DNA of 64,000 bases from Malacoraja senta (lineage: Eukaryota), in assembly GCA_038087875.1 (NCBI GenBank), contig CM075990.1, positions 14,448,001-14,512,000 of the forward strand, read 5' to 3'. Both the position numbers and the translations under genes were made by a program. The notes under the pieces are model-generated. The model made no database searches and was not told the origin of the DNA. It saw nothing but the letters and a program-made list of their open reading frames with translations. Of this stretch, positions 36,810 through 50,805 are shown piece after piece; the stretch's first letter is position 1; each line of letters begins with the position of its first letter.

Positions 36810-37866
36810 ATATATCACAGATAGCAAGCGTTACTTCCAATCAGACTCAATGTAAACTACTGTAGGTACATTTAAAATGTGGATATAGATGCATCTTGAG
36901 ATGTGTGCAATATCACTGTGGGTTTAAAGGAGAGAAATTGGTTCGAATTAGTTGAGGACATGAAGAGATGGGCAAGGATACGGTGGGATATGAGGCACAC
37001 CTTCTAAATAGGAGCCGGTTTGTGTTTTGGAATTATCTTCCTGGAAGGGAGGTGGTAAAAATGCAAACTGAGTTTCCAGAGGGGAGTTGGATAGAAATTA
37101 AAGGGAAAATAATGTTCAAGACAATGGAGAACAAGAGGGGTGTGGGGACATTTGGGATTGTCCAAAAAGGGCTACCATAGACTGCTGGGGCCATGTGGTA
37201 ACCTCCTGACCGGTAATTAATTTAAACCATAATTTATTACTTTTGTTCTTTGGAGGAAAAACATGTAACCTTCTCAATGCCACGTGTTGGGTTTGTTCAA
37301 TGCACATTGCTGCATCCATCCTGACACAGAAGATAGGCACACAATGCTGGAGTAACTCAGCGGGACAGGCAGCATTTATGGATAGAAGGAATGGGTGACG
37401 TTTTGGGTCGAGAGCCTTCTTCAGACTCAGTCATGACACAGCCAGGTCTGCCCATCTGAGCCCAAGGTAGGATGAGCAAATTCACCATGTCTTGTGGAAC
37501 AGTTCGTCAATTGTGTGCAAGTTACCTCTCGAGTTCCCGGGGTTATCGCCAGGCCAATGCAGGGACACATGGTTTTACGATTCACTGCTTTAATACATTG
37601 CTGAATTGTATAAATGGTACACACAGTTTATTTTTGCATTTGAAGCATTTTTAAAATTAAAATATCTTCGGATATTAAGAAATGTAATTCTGTGTTTTTG
37701 CTTTGGTATGAGTGTTTTGTTGCTAATTGGGGTAGTTTGATTTGCCCTTTCTTGTTGCAATCACTGCTCTTTCATTTAAATTAAAAAAAAAGATCTGACA
37801 AGAATACACTTATGGCAACACTGGTAAAATGACCAAATAGAGTCTGTTGTGATTATCAAATGCATT

Positions 37867-38179
37867 GGGCGGCACGGTGGCGCAGCGGTAGAATTGCTGC
37901 CTTACAGCGCCAGAGTCCCAAGTTCAATCCTGACTACGGGTGCTGTCTGTACGGAGTATGTGTGTTCTCCCCGTGACCGTATAGGTTTTCTCCGGGTGCT
38001 CCGGTTTCCTCCCACACTCCAAAGCCGTACAGGTTTGTAGGTTAATTGGTTTCGGTAAAATTGTAAATTGTCCCTAGTGTGTAGGATAGTGGTAGTGTAC
38101 GGGGATCACTGGTCGGCGCGGACTTAGCGGGTCAAAGAGCCTGTTTCCACGCTGCATCTCTAAACTAAACTAAACTAAA
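37867..38179 (+). mobile_element. tRNA-derived V-SINE (HE1-like), near full length
   Basis: A box (tggcgcagcgg), B box (gttcaatcc), V-domain-like core (ggagt..gttctccccgtg...tccggtttcctcccaca.tccaaag) and (ctaaa)n tail. Confidence 0.85.
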
Positions 38180-39964
38180 AGATGGCCTGGCCCTGTGCAA
38201 ATCAGAAATTAGTCTAATCAATCACAAATGCTGAGATTATTATTCAAAATAAATACTTGCCAAGAATCTCATGAATGTCAAACTGTGTCTGAAAATCTGA
38301 GCCAGGATTGAGATTGTAAGATTCAGTTTTATATATAATCTTAAAAGGCACAGGGATTTCCTGAGGAAGGCCATCTAACATCAGTACAGAGGAAATGAGA
38401 CCTGATAAGTCAGTCAGTCAGTGGTAGGGATGGACATAAAAAGCTGAAGTAACTCAGCGGGCCCGGTAGTATCTGTGGAGTAAAGGAATATGTGACGTTT
38501 CGGGTCGAGATCCTTCTTCAGACCCAAAACGTCACATATTCCTTCTCTCCAGAGATACTGCCTTATCCGCTGAGTTACTCCAGCGTTTTGCATCTATCTT
38601 TGGTGTAAACCAGCATCTGCCGTTCCTTCCTGCCCAGTCAGCGGTGGGGGTTGGAGAGAACTCAATATGGTTCTGAAGTAGGGTCTCGACCCGAAACGTC
38701 ACCCATTCCTTGTCTCCAGAGATGCCGCCTGTCCCGCTGAGTTACTCCAGCATTTTGTGTCTATTTTCGGTGTGAACAACAAACCTCTAGTGGGTTATAG
38801 ACCTTTTCGGAGGGACATTGGAACACATTCTATTTTCTGCAACTGGAACTGTGAACTAGGCCACAATTCCAGGTGACCTCTGCCAGCCTTGCACCCACTT
38901 CTCCAGGATCGAGTGGGTCTGGGCAGTTTCTTCTGGTCGTCATTGGGAAAGATAAATGTTGAATTTACAAGGGTTTCAAGTATTGATGTGAACAATCAAA
39001 GCTTGCAGCTGGTGATGTGAGCCGAGGCCTTCTTCAGATTTGAAACGTAATTCTTTTATGTAACAGCTCCCAAATTGATAGAACTGTTATTCTCCATATT
39101 AAGACGATGACGGCAAGTATTCAATTATTAGGCCAGAGCTTTAAGATGAGAGTAGCAAAGTTCAAAGGAGACTCACTGGGCAAGTTATTTAACGGTGGGT
39201 GCCTGGAACACGTCGTCAGGAGTGATGGTGGAGGCAGGTGCTATTTATGAGGTTTTTGGATAAGCACATGGATTTGCAGGAAATGGAGGAACATGGCAGA
39301 GGAGATGAGCATCATGTTTGATACAAACGTGGGTTAAATAGGCTTGTTCCTGTGCAATATTAGTTCCATGTTCGAATTAATCTCAGTAGAGTTAAGGTTG
39401 AGAAAATGTAGTGGCTCTCTGAGTCTCAAAGATATTTGACAAACCTTACAGGGTGGAAATGTTTGCAGTCCAATAGGAGAAAGTTCCGAAAGGTGTGAAG
39501 AAGAGTCTCGACCGGAAACGTCACCCATTCCTTCTCTCCAGAGATGCTGCCTGTCTCACTGAGTTACCCCCAGCATTTTGTGTCCACAGTTTAGACCAAC
39601 ATCTACACAGGAGAAAGTTAAGATCAGCCTTGAGAGCATTGTTGAAACAATGGTTAATTATTATTGTTTCCAGTTGCCTGCCACTTTATTGCTCCAACCC
39701 ACTTCCACCTTGACCTCCATCTAAACTCTTGCAATGAAACCCAAAACTAGCTTGTGGAACAACACCTCATCATTCATCAAGGCACATTGCAGCTCAATGT
39801 TCAATTCTCCAACTTTAGATAACATATACGTCTTAACTTGGTTAATCGTTGGACGACACAGTTGATGTTGAATTGTGATATGAAGAAAAAATTGCTTTTC
39901 TTGCTATTCCCATAAGAATAATGAAACATTTTGAATTTTAGATGCAGTTAGATGCTAAATTTAT

Positions 39965-40440
39965 TACAGATAAATAAAGCAAGCACGACATCCGGAGGCT
40001 GCAGCGAATCGTCCGATCAGCTGAGAAAGTTGTTGGCTGCAACCTTCCCCCCCCCCCCCCCCCCCATTGACGAACTGTATACTGCAGGGGCCAGGAAGCG
40101 AGTGGGTAAGAACATCTCTGATCCTGGCCACAAACTCTTTTAAACACTTCCCTCTGGAAGGCGACTCCAGACTGCCAAACCGCCACAGCCAGACATAACA
40201 ACAGCTTTTTTCCACGAGCAGTAGTTCTACTCAATAACCAAAAGTCTGTAGCCTCCTTTTGCTCTGGTATTTTATTTCATTCACATGTTTAAACTATAAT
40301 GTTTTATTATTATTGTTTAATGTTTTATGCGTCATTCTTAATTGTTACTGTGTGAGGTGGTGTTACTTGCGAGCGGAGCACAAAGGCAAATTCCTTGTAT
40401 GTGTATATACTTGGCCAATAAACATATTCATTCTTTCATA
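39965..40440 (+). mobile_element. Rex1/Babar-like LINE 3' fragment
   Basis: Frameshifted RLQRIVRSAEKVVG...LYTA..RKR...DPGHKLF..LPSGRR...FFPRAV, followed by a caataaa tail. Confidence 0.75.
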
Positions 40441-41775
40441 ATCAGTTGTGATATTTATGGAAAGTACAGTTCTTTAAGTCATTGGGCTCCTAGTATTAAC
40501 TTCTTTTATTTCCAGAATACTCTTGAAAATAGTCGTTTTAATATGAAGATCGATCTCAAGTAGATCAACTCTCATTTTAGGTCCAACACTGAACAAGGAG
40601 TTGACACCAGGCAGCTGGAGTAACTTTGCGAGTCAGGCAGCATCTTCTGGAAAAAAGGAACAGGTGATGTTTTGGGTCGCATAAGAAATAGGAGCAGAAT
40701 TAGGCCATTTGGCTCATCAAGTCTACTCTGCCATTCAATCATGGCTGATCTATCTCTACCTCCTGATCCCATTCTCCTGCCTTCTCCTGCCTTCTCCCCA
40801 TAACCTCCAACACCTGTACTAATCAAGAATCTATCTCTGCCTCCATAACCTTCTGTGGGAAAGTATCCCACAGATTCACCACCCTCTGACTAAAGAAATT
40901 TCTCCTCATCTCCTTCCCAAAGGAACGTCCTTTAATTCTGAGGCTATGACCTCTCGTCCTGGATTCTCCCACTGGTGGAAACCTCCTCTCCACATCCACT
41001 CTATCCAAGCCTTTCACTATTCTGTATGTTTCAATGAGGTCACCCCTCTTTCTTCTAAACTCCAGTGAGTACAGGCCCAGTGCTGACAAACGCTCATCAT
41101 AGGTTGACCTACTCATTCCTGGGATCATTCAGTCTGAAGAAGGTTCTTGACCCGAAACGTCACCTATTTTTCTTCAGGGGTGTTGCCTGATCCACTGAGT
41201 TACTCCAGCATTTTGTGTCTATCTTCGGTGTAAACCAGCATCTGCAGAACCTTCCCAGACTGAACAAGGAGTCATTGACTCTGGGTGTGAGTTAAAAACC
41301 CATTTCAAAAATGATGACTACATTTGCATTTGGTTATCTGCCAAATTCTCATAAGAGGTATCAACACACAGGGATAAGAAGCCATTGCTGGAATAAAATA
41401 AAACTGCTGGAAATTTTCAACAGGTCGGCAGTAATTGTGAAACGGAGAGGCAGCATTAGTTTCGGGAGTTATCAGAATTAGGAGAAAATTGGAGATTGTT
41501 ATGTATTAAGTTGCAGCGAAGGTGATGAGTGGAGAGAGCAAAGGCAGTGATAGTGAAAGGGTGAAGAACAAGGAGAGCGGAATGACAGAACTGGGGGAGA
41601 GATGTGCTGGCTGAGAGAGGGTGATAAATGATGGGTAAATACAACTGATCAGTTTGAGAGATGTAAATAGAAGGGGATGAATGAGAGCAGAGGAGAGAGA
41701 GAAAAGAAATTCTGCAGCTGTTTTTCCAGATGCACTGATCTCAGTTGTGATCAACGGAGGCATCCGAGATGCTCT

Positions 41776-42145
41776 TAGAAACATAGAAAATAGGAGCAGG
41801 AGGAGGCCATTCAGCCCTTCAGAGCAGGAGGAGGCCATTCGGTCCTTCATGGCTGATCGTCCCCAATCAATAACCCGTGCCTGCCTTCTCCCCATATCCC
41901 TTGATTCCACTAGCCCCTAGAGCTCTATCTAACTCTCTCTTAAATCCATCCAGTGATTTGGCCTCCACTGCCCTCTGTGGCAGGGAATTTCACAAATTCA
42001 CAACTCTCTGGGTGAAAACGTGTTTTCTCACCTCAGTCTTAAATGGCCTCCCCTTTATTCCAAGACTGTGGACCCTGGTTCTGGACTGGCCCAACATTGG
42101 GAACATTTTTCCTGCTTCTAGCTTGTCCAGTCCTTTTATAATTTT
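41776..42145 (-). mobile_element. CR1 3' fragment
   Basis: Near-identical to 9345-9690. Confidence 0.85.
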
Positions 42146-43577
42146 TTAATCATTTTTGTTAAAGTTGATCTTTGGTTGGGGCACATCAGTGATTATAGAA
42201 GCACTAATTTGTTTAGAACAGTTACACTGAATTAACGGAGTGCCTTTCAGGTCCTCATTCATATCATTGAATTTCACAGACAATGGATATGACTTGGATG
42301 CAGTTATGGTTTTCCTGTACATCGGTGGAGCTGCATACTAAATCTCGTTGCACTGACGTGCAATGACAATAAAAGATATTATTATTATTATTATTATTAT
42401 TATGCACGTCACCACAGGTACCAAGTTCCAACAAGAAGTCATCTACAGTTGCTGCATATCTGAAATAGATGGGAGACCTGGTGAAAACTCAGCGCGTCTA
42501 GCAACAGTCGTGGGGAAAGAGAAAACTGAATTAGCATTAATTGAAAGTTTGATGAAAGCTGTTGAAATTGGTGAATTAATTGTGATGTATTGAGGAGAGC
42601 AGAGTGCCAAGTTGGAAGATGAAGTGCAGTTCCTTGAGCTTACTGTGGGCTTTCTGCCGACTGTCACCTTGCTAATTGCTGCCTATTAACTTCCATTGAT
42701 CCGGGGTTCCTTTGAACAACACCTTTTAATCTCCCTCTTTTCAAAATACTCCACTTCTCTGTTGCGTTCTGTCAAAGTGGATGACCTTACATTGTAATCA
42801 CATTATATTCCACCTCAATGGCCTGACCCATTCACGTAACTTGTCGAGACCTCGTGAAGCCTCTCTCACAACCCGCATTGCCACTTTGCTTTGTATCATC
42901 AGTGTAGTTGGATCTGCTACACTTGGCACTCATGATCCATTCTTCATTGATATTGATCGTGAACAGCTGAAGCCGCAGCACCAATGCAGTGGCTTCACAC
43001 TCATTGCAGCCTCCCAACCATTGAGTCATCTATTTATTCCTGCTCTGTTTACTCTCTGAAGTCGTCCTCCAGGAAACTGTCTGGGAATGTGTCCAGAGTC
43101 AAGTTGTCAGTCTTGCTGCGGTGATTAATGTTGCCTTTGTGACTTCTTCCTTCCTCAATGACCTTCTGATGGATCACAGATTTGCAAAACCCTTGGTTGA
43201 TTTTCTTTGCTGGTTGCAAAGAACAATCTTTGTTTCATTCATTGACTGCCGAGTGGCAGGTAATTTGTACACTGGTGACCAACTCATCAGAGATAATAAG
43301 CAATACTTCCTGATGCACTGACCTCATTTATAATCAACTGAGGACTCAGAACTGCTCTTGGTTGAACCTGATCTTTGTTTTGGGCAAATCTGTGGATTCA
43401 TTTAAATGAGTTATATTGAATTTAAGGAGTGAGTTTCAGGTCCTTATTTGTATCAATGAATTTCACAGACATTGGATTGTTTCTGAATGTGGTTATGGTT
43501 CCATGTGGGCGAATACAGCTGCCAATTTGCATGTAACAAGTGCCAACAAAACGCTGGGAGACACCTTTACTCTTTAG

Positions 43578-43670
43578 GTAGACAAAAGTGCTGGAGAAAC
43601 TCAGCGGGTGCAGCAGCATCTATGGAGCGAAGGAAATAGGCAACGTTTCGGGCTGAAACCCTTCTTCAGA
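43578..43670 (-). mobile_element. 93-bp PLE hammerhead micro-insert with 24-bp TSD
   Basis: ctgggagacacctttactctttag occurs at 43554-43577 and 43671-43694. Confidence 0.88.
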
Positions 43671-44832
43671 CTGGGAGACACCTTTACTCTTTAGATAGAG
43701 TCTTTAGCACCGATCACACCTCTAACAGGGCAGCAATCTCTCTTTAATGCAGCAAAGTACATTATATGATCAAATCTGCAAGTCACAGCCATCTCACTTG
43801 GAACTGAAAGGGTTGCCACTGAACCAAGATATTCCATCCCATTGTCAAACATCAAGTGATTTTTTTCCATTAGATTTGATCAATTGATTGATTGAAAGAT
43901 ACGACATGGAAACAGGCCTTTCTGCCCATTGAGTGAACACTGGCCTTATCTCACTTTTGCATCCACTCTCGACACACTAGGGGCAATTTGCAGAGGCCAA
44001 TTAACCTGCAAAACCACACGTCTTTGGGCTGTAGGAGGAAACTGACACATCTGTAAGAAAGCCACGTGGTCACAGGGAGAATATTAATGATGATCATCAA
44101 CAAAGAAAATTATTTAAAATTGTTCAGTGGAATAAGTGGTGTGTTGTGTTAATTGTTTAATAGTGATAATGATATAAAAGCATCAGCTAAGATATATATA
44201 TAAAAATTAACATTTATCAAAGTGAATATTGTCAGCAGAATGGATACTTTTTAACCAATGTAATTTCTTCAACATAAATTAAATCCAATAATTAATGTAA
44301 GAGTAATTCTTGGCACAATGCAGGCTGACATAAAGAGGAACGAAAGTAGATCATCTAGTTATGGGGGAATGATCGGATGTGAGTGTCCTTGGTCTTTCAA
44401 TCTAAGTAGCTTTTTTTTTAAAAGTATAAAACATGATATATATTTTGCATACCGTTTGGAATGCAACATTTACTGTCTCCACCTTACAAAAATGTGACGT
44501 GTTTTAAAGAGCAAACTTTCCCATCTCTGCAGAGGCATGATCAGAGCAGAGCATCCAGGGGTAGTTTTTACAATTAAGTGCACAGTTCAACTCTCCTGTC
44601 TGACTTCGTAAATGCTGCCCTCTCAAATGTTTAACTAATTGGATCAGTGTAGCATTTCATTACTCACCATCTGCAGGAGCACATTGCAGTAAAGGCAATG
44701 TAAGATGTTCCAATTATTTGATTATCAAAGATTAAAGATTTCTGATACATATTACCTGCTGTATTATAACCTGTGTTCATGTTCTTGTCAACTGATGCAT
44801 TTTCATGGACCTTCGAAGTGTGAGCACTGTTA

Positions 44833-45300
44833 TAGGTGAGACCAAGCGTAGGCTTGGCGATCGCTTCGCCGAACACCTCCGCTCGGTTCGCAATAACCAA
44901 CCTGATCTCCCGGTGGCTCAGCACTTCAACTCCCCCTCCCATTCCGAATCCGACCTTTCTGTCCTGGGCCTCCTCCATGGCCAGAGTGAGGACCACCGTA
45001 AATTGGAGGAGCAGCACCTCATATTTTGCTTGGGCAGTTTGCACCCCAGCGGTATGAACATTGACTTCTCTAATTTCAGGTAGTCCTTACTTTCTCCTCC
45101 CCTTCTCAGCTCTCACTCAGCCCACTGGCTCCACCTCTTCCTTTCTTCTTCCCCCCCCCACCCTCACATCAGTCTGAAGAAGGGTTTCGGCCCGAAACGT
45201 TGCCTATTTCCTTCGCTCCATCGATGCTGCCTCACCCGCTGAGTTTCTCCAGCATTTCTGTCTACCTTCGATTTTCCAGCATCTGCAGTTCCTTCTTAAA
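44833..45300 (+). mobile_element. Penelope-like element 3' end: GIY-YIG endonuclease C-terminus, 3' UTR and hammerhead motif
   Basis: IGETKRRLGDRFAEH...VAQHFNSPSH...LEEQHLIFCLGSLHPSGMNIDF, followed by CTGAAGA...GAAAC at 45174-45198. Confidence 0.85.
45170..45206 (+). ncRNA. minimal type-I hammerhead ribozyme motif (representative copy)
   Basis: CUGAAGA-(A)-stem II GGGU[UUCG]GCCC-GAAA-CG-UU. The other subfamily has GGGU[CUCG]ACCC-GAAA-CG-UC. It lies in the PLE terminal repeat, where such motifs are known. Confidence 0.7.
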
Positions 45301-46329
45301 CTATTATTGTAAACTGTTTTTGAGGAAATATTTCCAAAAGTGCTCTAAAATATTAACCAATATATCTTTATAGTATTTACCATTGCATTTCAAAAGGTTA
45401 GATTATAATAACTTGCACGTTATTCTACATTATTTCTTTTTGCTTCTGAGTGCTGGTTTTTCCTCTTAGCTTAGTTCTGTTTAGAGATACAGCGTGTAAA
45501 CAGGCCCTTTGGCCCACCGAGTCGCGCCAGTGAGCACCCGTACACTAGTTCAATCCTACACACTAGGGGAAATTTACTGGAGCCAATTAACCTACAAACA
45601 CGCTTGTCTTTGGAATGTGTTCGGAAACTGGAGCAACTGGAGAAAGCTCATGCGGTCACAGGGAGAACGTAGAAACTCCATACCAACAGCACCAGTAGTC
45701 AGGATCGAACACGGGTCTCTGACGCTGCAAGAGTCGCCAAGTTTCAACAAAGTGACATGAAGTTCATTGAACAGAAGTAGAAGTTGAAGCAGAAGTAGGC
45801 CATGTGACGCCTCTTGCTTGCTTCACTATTCAATTAACTTATGGGTGACCTTTTACCACAGTGCCATCGACCTGTTCTAATATTATAGCCCTTGACACTT
45901 AAATATACAAAAAATTATCAATCTCATTGTTGAATATACTCAGCGACTAAACCACCACAGTTTCTATGGTAATAATTTCCAAAGATTCACTTGATGAAGG
46001 CATTTCCTGTTCTGAATGACTGACCCTTTTTTGAGACTTGTGATCTCTAGTTCGAGACAATCCAGCCAAGAGAAAGATCAAAGTTGCATCTTGCCATGAG
46101 AATTTTGAACGTTTAATGAGACAACCTCTCATTCTTCCAAGCTTTAGCGAGTTTAATCTCTTCTCATAAGGACATCCTTACACCTAATGTACCTAATATA
46201 CACCTTACTTGCATCTCCTCTATTGCAAAGACATCCTACTTGGAATGAGGAGGTAAGACCCATACACAATATTCCACTTTTTACAATTTCCATAAGATGG
46301 TGGCACAGTGCCACGGCAGGTTATGTTAC

Positions 46330-47090
46330 AATAATAATAATAATAATAGATTTTATTTATATAGCGCTTTTCAGGACTCAAAGTCGCTTTACAAATGAGA
46401 GTCAGGAATAAACAAAACAAAATAGAGCAGTAAGACAGAGGGGAGGGGAACATGGGACTAAGGGTATGCAGAGGTGAAGAGATGGGTCTTGAGGCGGGAC
46501 TGGAAGATGGTGAGGGACTCAGAATTTCGGACCGGTTGTGGGAGGGAATTCCAGAGCCTGGGAGCTGCCCTGGAGAAGGCTCTGCCTCCAAAAGTGCAGA
46601 GGTTTGATTTCGGAGTGGAGAGGAGACCAGCTGATGTGGATCTGAGGGACCGTGAGGGTTGGTAGGGGGAGAGGAGGTCAATGAGATAAGGGGGGGCCAG
46701 GTTGTTGAGGGCTTTGTAGGTGAGGACCAGGATTTTGTAGGTGATCCTGTGGGAAATGGGAAGCCAGTGAAGTTCTTTGAGAACTGGGGTGATGTGGTGC
46801 CAGGAATTGGTGTGGGTAATGAGTCGAGCGGCTGCATTTTGGACCAGTTGGAGTCGGTTGATGTTGCTGGAATTGATTCCGAAAAGAAGAGAGTTACAGT
46901 AGTCCAGTCGGGAGGAGATGAAGGCATGGATGAGTCTTTCAGCAGCGGGGGGTGTGAGAGAGGATCTGATTTTTGCAATGTTGCGGAGGTGAAAAAATGA
47001 TGTTTTGACAACATGGCGGATGTGAGGCTCAAGGGAGAGGGTTGAGTCAAGGATCACGCCAAGGTTGCGTGCCTGAGGAGATGTTATTGT
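46330..47090 (-). mobile_element. L2-clade LINE 3' fragment
   Basis: ARNLGVILD, LIHAFISSRLDYCNSLL, LHWLP, RAFSRAAPRLWNSLP, LKTHLF and an (ATT)n tail. Confidence 0.92.
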
Positions 47091-48647
47091 CTCAACAGAC
47101 CAGTTCAATCCTGATTTTGGGTGCTGAGTGGAGTTTGTACATTGCCCATGTGACCACATGGGTTTTCTTTAGTTTCTCTAGTTTTCTGAAGTCGTTGAAT
47201 ATCTGAGAGAGAAAAGATTGCAAGAAAGTATGGGAGATAATTGGGTTTGCTCCAAGAGTTTATAACTTTATGGGGCATATAACTTTCTATGCTTTATAAA
47301 TAAAATATAAGAAATGTGGTGTGCCATTGGTTTTTTTGTATGAGCTGAAATGATAAATAGAATTCCAAAGTCTCAGTATATATGAACAAAGACCTGCAGA
47401 TACTAGTTTATACCAAAGTTAGACGCAAAGAGCAGGAGCAACTCAGCTGGTCATGTAGCGTCTCTGGAGGAAAAGGATAGGAATCTCAATGTTCCTTCTA
47501 CAGAGGCTGATTTATTCAATCGTAGGAAAAGTCAGCTCCTTTGGTCATCATGGCTGGAGATCTCGCCAGTCCTTTTCTCTATCTCCATTTGCAGAGACTG
47601 AGATCACTGGCATTTCTCCATCTTCACCTTGTCTGGGATCAGAATCAAGCAAAGATCAAATATGAGAACCAATTGGGTTTTTTGGGGGGGTTAGAACAAT
47701 TTTACTTGGTACATGAATCTGTGGTGTCCTTGGCAACTTCTCCTCCAAACTCCTGAATGAACTAAAGCAGCTGTAAACTATTGTGTCTGTGTGTGATTTT
47801 ACAGCCAAAAAATGGGATATTATGGCACTGAGAGTTGGCCACTCTTTTTTGCTGATTATTTTTTGTGATTTCACATTATTATGTTTGTGTTTATCAAATG
47901 TCATAATTAGCATGAAAGGTATATGGTTTCAAATGCAAATGCTGCCAGCTGGTACAGTTACATTTAGATCTTGTTAAAACTGTTGTGTGGTTGGAGGTTA
48001 AATGTTTATGAATAATTGGAAAAACGACAGGAAACTGTTGCATGTAAACAGCAGAGCTGCATTCTTTGAGGAACAAATAAAGTCATAGAGAGGCACAGCG
48101 TAGAAACAGGCCCTTCACCCACCAAGTCTGCACTGACCCATTTTTACTAATCCTGTCTCAGAGGGCCGTATTCTCGTCAACTCCCCCTGGGTTCCATCAT
48201 TCACCCATGCACTAGGGGCAATTTAGAGAGGCCAAGTGGTAGGAAACCAGAGGAGACTTACTTGGTCACTGGAAAAACCTGCAAACTCCACACAGACAGC
48301 ACCTGAGGATTGGGATTGAACTCAGGTCGCTGGTGCCAAGAAGCAGCAGCTCTACAAGCTGTAATGTTAAGTTCTTCTTTGCTTTTGGGTTATTTAACAA
48401 AATTTTATTTTGATATGGCATAACATGTGTATCAATTATTGGTGGGATTTAAAGTAGTATTTATATTTGCTCCTGTTTGACAAATCATGATTTATTTATG
48501 CTATTATTTTGTTATTGCAGTGTAACTTTAAATGGCATTTAAAGCAGCATCATTACTGATCAGTGAGCAGAGATCAATTGATGATATTCCAATGTAACAT
48601 TCCCAATGGCACGAGTGATGGTTTTCACGCATCCTGTGACAACCTTA

Positions 48648-49300
48648 AGGGGCTGTCCCACTGCGGTGACCTAATCTGCCCTCGACTTAAACTCGCAGCA
48701 TGGTCGACACGTGGTCCTAGGAGGTCCTATGAGGTCACTGGAACTCTCCTTCATGCTCGAGGGAAGTTCCCGCATACTCGCGGCCTCAGTTTGGTTGAGG
48801 AAAAATTTTCAGCATGTTGAAAGATTTTCCACGAGTAAAAATTGGTTGGCATCGTTCTTTTGAACTCGTAATGCAGTGGAGTGGGCTCGCTAAGTAGTTA
48901 TAGGCAGTCAGGGGCAGCTGTAGGCAATCTCCGCTGACCGGGCATTTTAAATGGCACATTGGATTTTTCAGGACCAAGGAAAACCGACCGGTAATGTTAA
49001 ATGCCCGCTAAACTTTATTACAAGTTGTCTGGGTTCTTAAAAATGTCTCCACTCCTTCTCCCCCCCCCTTCTCTCCCCTTCTCTCCCCTTCTCTCCCCTC
49101 CTCTCTCTCCCCCCCTCCCCCCCCCGCGCTCTCTATAGAACTTACCGTACTCTGTGCAGCCGTCTTTTACCTTCCTGTTCATCGTGGGTGTGAATTTCAG
49201 ACAGCGCTCCCCCGCTTTCCCTGGCCCCCGCCTTTGTGATGTGTGTGTGTGTGCGGTCGGTCGATGCAGCTCGAGGTCACATCGAGGTTCGAATGCTTTT
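48648..49300. mobile_element. Harbinger-type non-autonomous element fragment
   Basis: TTA followed by AGGGGCTGTCCCACT; shares tccacgagtaaaa with the 19261 MITE; right TIR not found. Confidence 0.5.
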
Positions 49301-49759
49301 ATTAGAAACATGTAATTAATCTTCTGATAAATGGACACATTGGTGTGGCTTAGGTTGGGTGTGCTTCAGTTAGTAGCATTCCCACCTTGAAGCTGAAAGG
49401 TTGAGGGTTCAGATCCCGCTAAGCACATGATTCAGGTTGATGGGTTCAATGGGACCTCTGTCTGACAAAGGTAGGCAGTACTCTCAGATTTAGTTTTAGT
49501 TTTGGAGATACAGCACGGAAACAGGACCTTTGGCCCATGAGTCCACGCCGACTAGCGATCCCCGTTCACTCGCACTAGCCTGCTCGCTAGGGACAATTTA
49601 CAATTTTACCCAAAAAGCAATCAACCTACCAATCTGTACATCGTTATAGTGTGTGAGGAAACTGAAGCACCTGGAGAAAACCCACGCGGTCAGAGGGAGA
49701 ACGTCCAAACTCCTTGGTCAGCACCCGTGGTCAGGATCGAACCTGGGACTCTGGCGCAG

Positions 49760-50280
49760 TTCAGGTTGCTCCATTACAGGAAGGATGTGGAGGATTTGGA
49801 GAGGGTGCAGAAGAGATTTACCTGAATACTGCCTAGATTAGAGGGTATTGGTTACAGGGAGAGGTTGGACAAACTTAGATTGTTTTCACTGGAGCATCGG
49901 AGGTTGAAGGGAGACCAGATTGAAGTATATAAAATTATGAAAGGCATGGGGTGGACAGTTAGGACCTTTCTCCCTGGGTGAAAATGTCCAAGACTAGAGG
50001 GATTGGTTGAAGGTGAGAGGGGCAAAGTTTAAAGGAGATGTCTGAGGGCAAGCTTTTTATACAGAGAATAGTGGGTGCCTGCAACATGTTGCTGGGGATG
50101 ATGGTGGAGTCAGATATGATAATAGCATCTTAATGGATTTTGAATAGGCCACATGGATATGCAGTGAATGGAGGGTTATGGATCACGACCAAACATAGGA
50201 GTTTGGCATCATGTTTCGCATGGATGCTGTGAGTCAAAGTACCGAGACTTGTGGTGTACTGTTCTATATTTTCTATATAA
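49760..50280 (+). mobile_element. older CR1 3' fragment
   Basis: gagagggtgcagaagagattta (ERVQKRF) and TRG-like and W-N-L-like remnants. Confidence 0.65.
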
Positions 50281-50805
50281 CTCTGATTTATGAATTAATT
50301 TTTATCTACCAATATCAATATGGGCTGCACGGTGGCGCAGTGGTTCAGTTGCTGCCTTACAGTGCTTGCAGCACCAGAGACTCTGGTACAATCCTGACTA
50401 CGGGTGCTGTCTGTACGGAGTTTGTACGTTCTCCCCGTGACCTGCGTGGGTTTTCTCGCTGTATCTCTAAACTTAACTAAACTGAAAACATGGAAATGTG
50501 AAGTCATTTTGACGACAAAAGAGTGGGTGATAGAAATGGTGGAAACCTTGTCGTTAAACCCATCAGGACCATGTGATTCGAGACTCAGATCCGTTTATCT
50601 GATATTGCATCAATAAAAATTTGGCTGAAGTTTCTTGGAAAAAAGTGAACTGACAGCAATATTCAGTGCTGCCATCAAGTGGAGAAACGTGTTTCAGGAC
50701 ACACACACAATGGTTTGAAGTTATTGAAAGGTTTCTCTATGCTGCCTCTGTGTGGTCTTAATGCCACCTGATCTACTTCACCGGAGCAACTCACCAAGGT
50801 GTTAA

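Noticed and set aside
37867..37940. tRNA gene (A and B boxes)
   Set aside because: It is the tRNA-derived head of a multi-copy SINE, continuing into the SINE core and tail without a cloverleaf.
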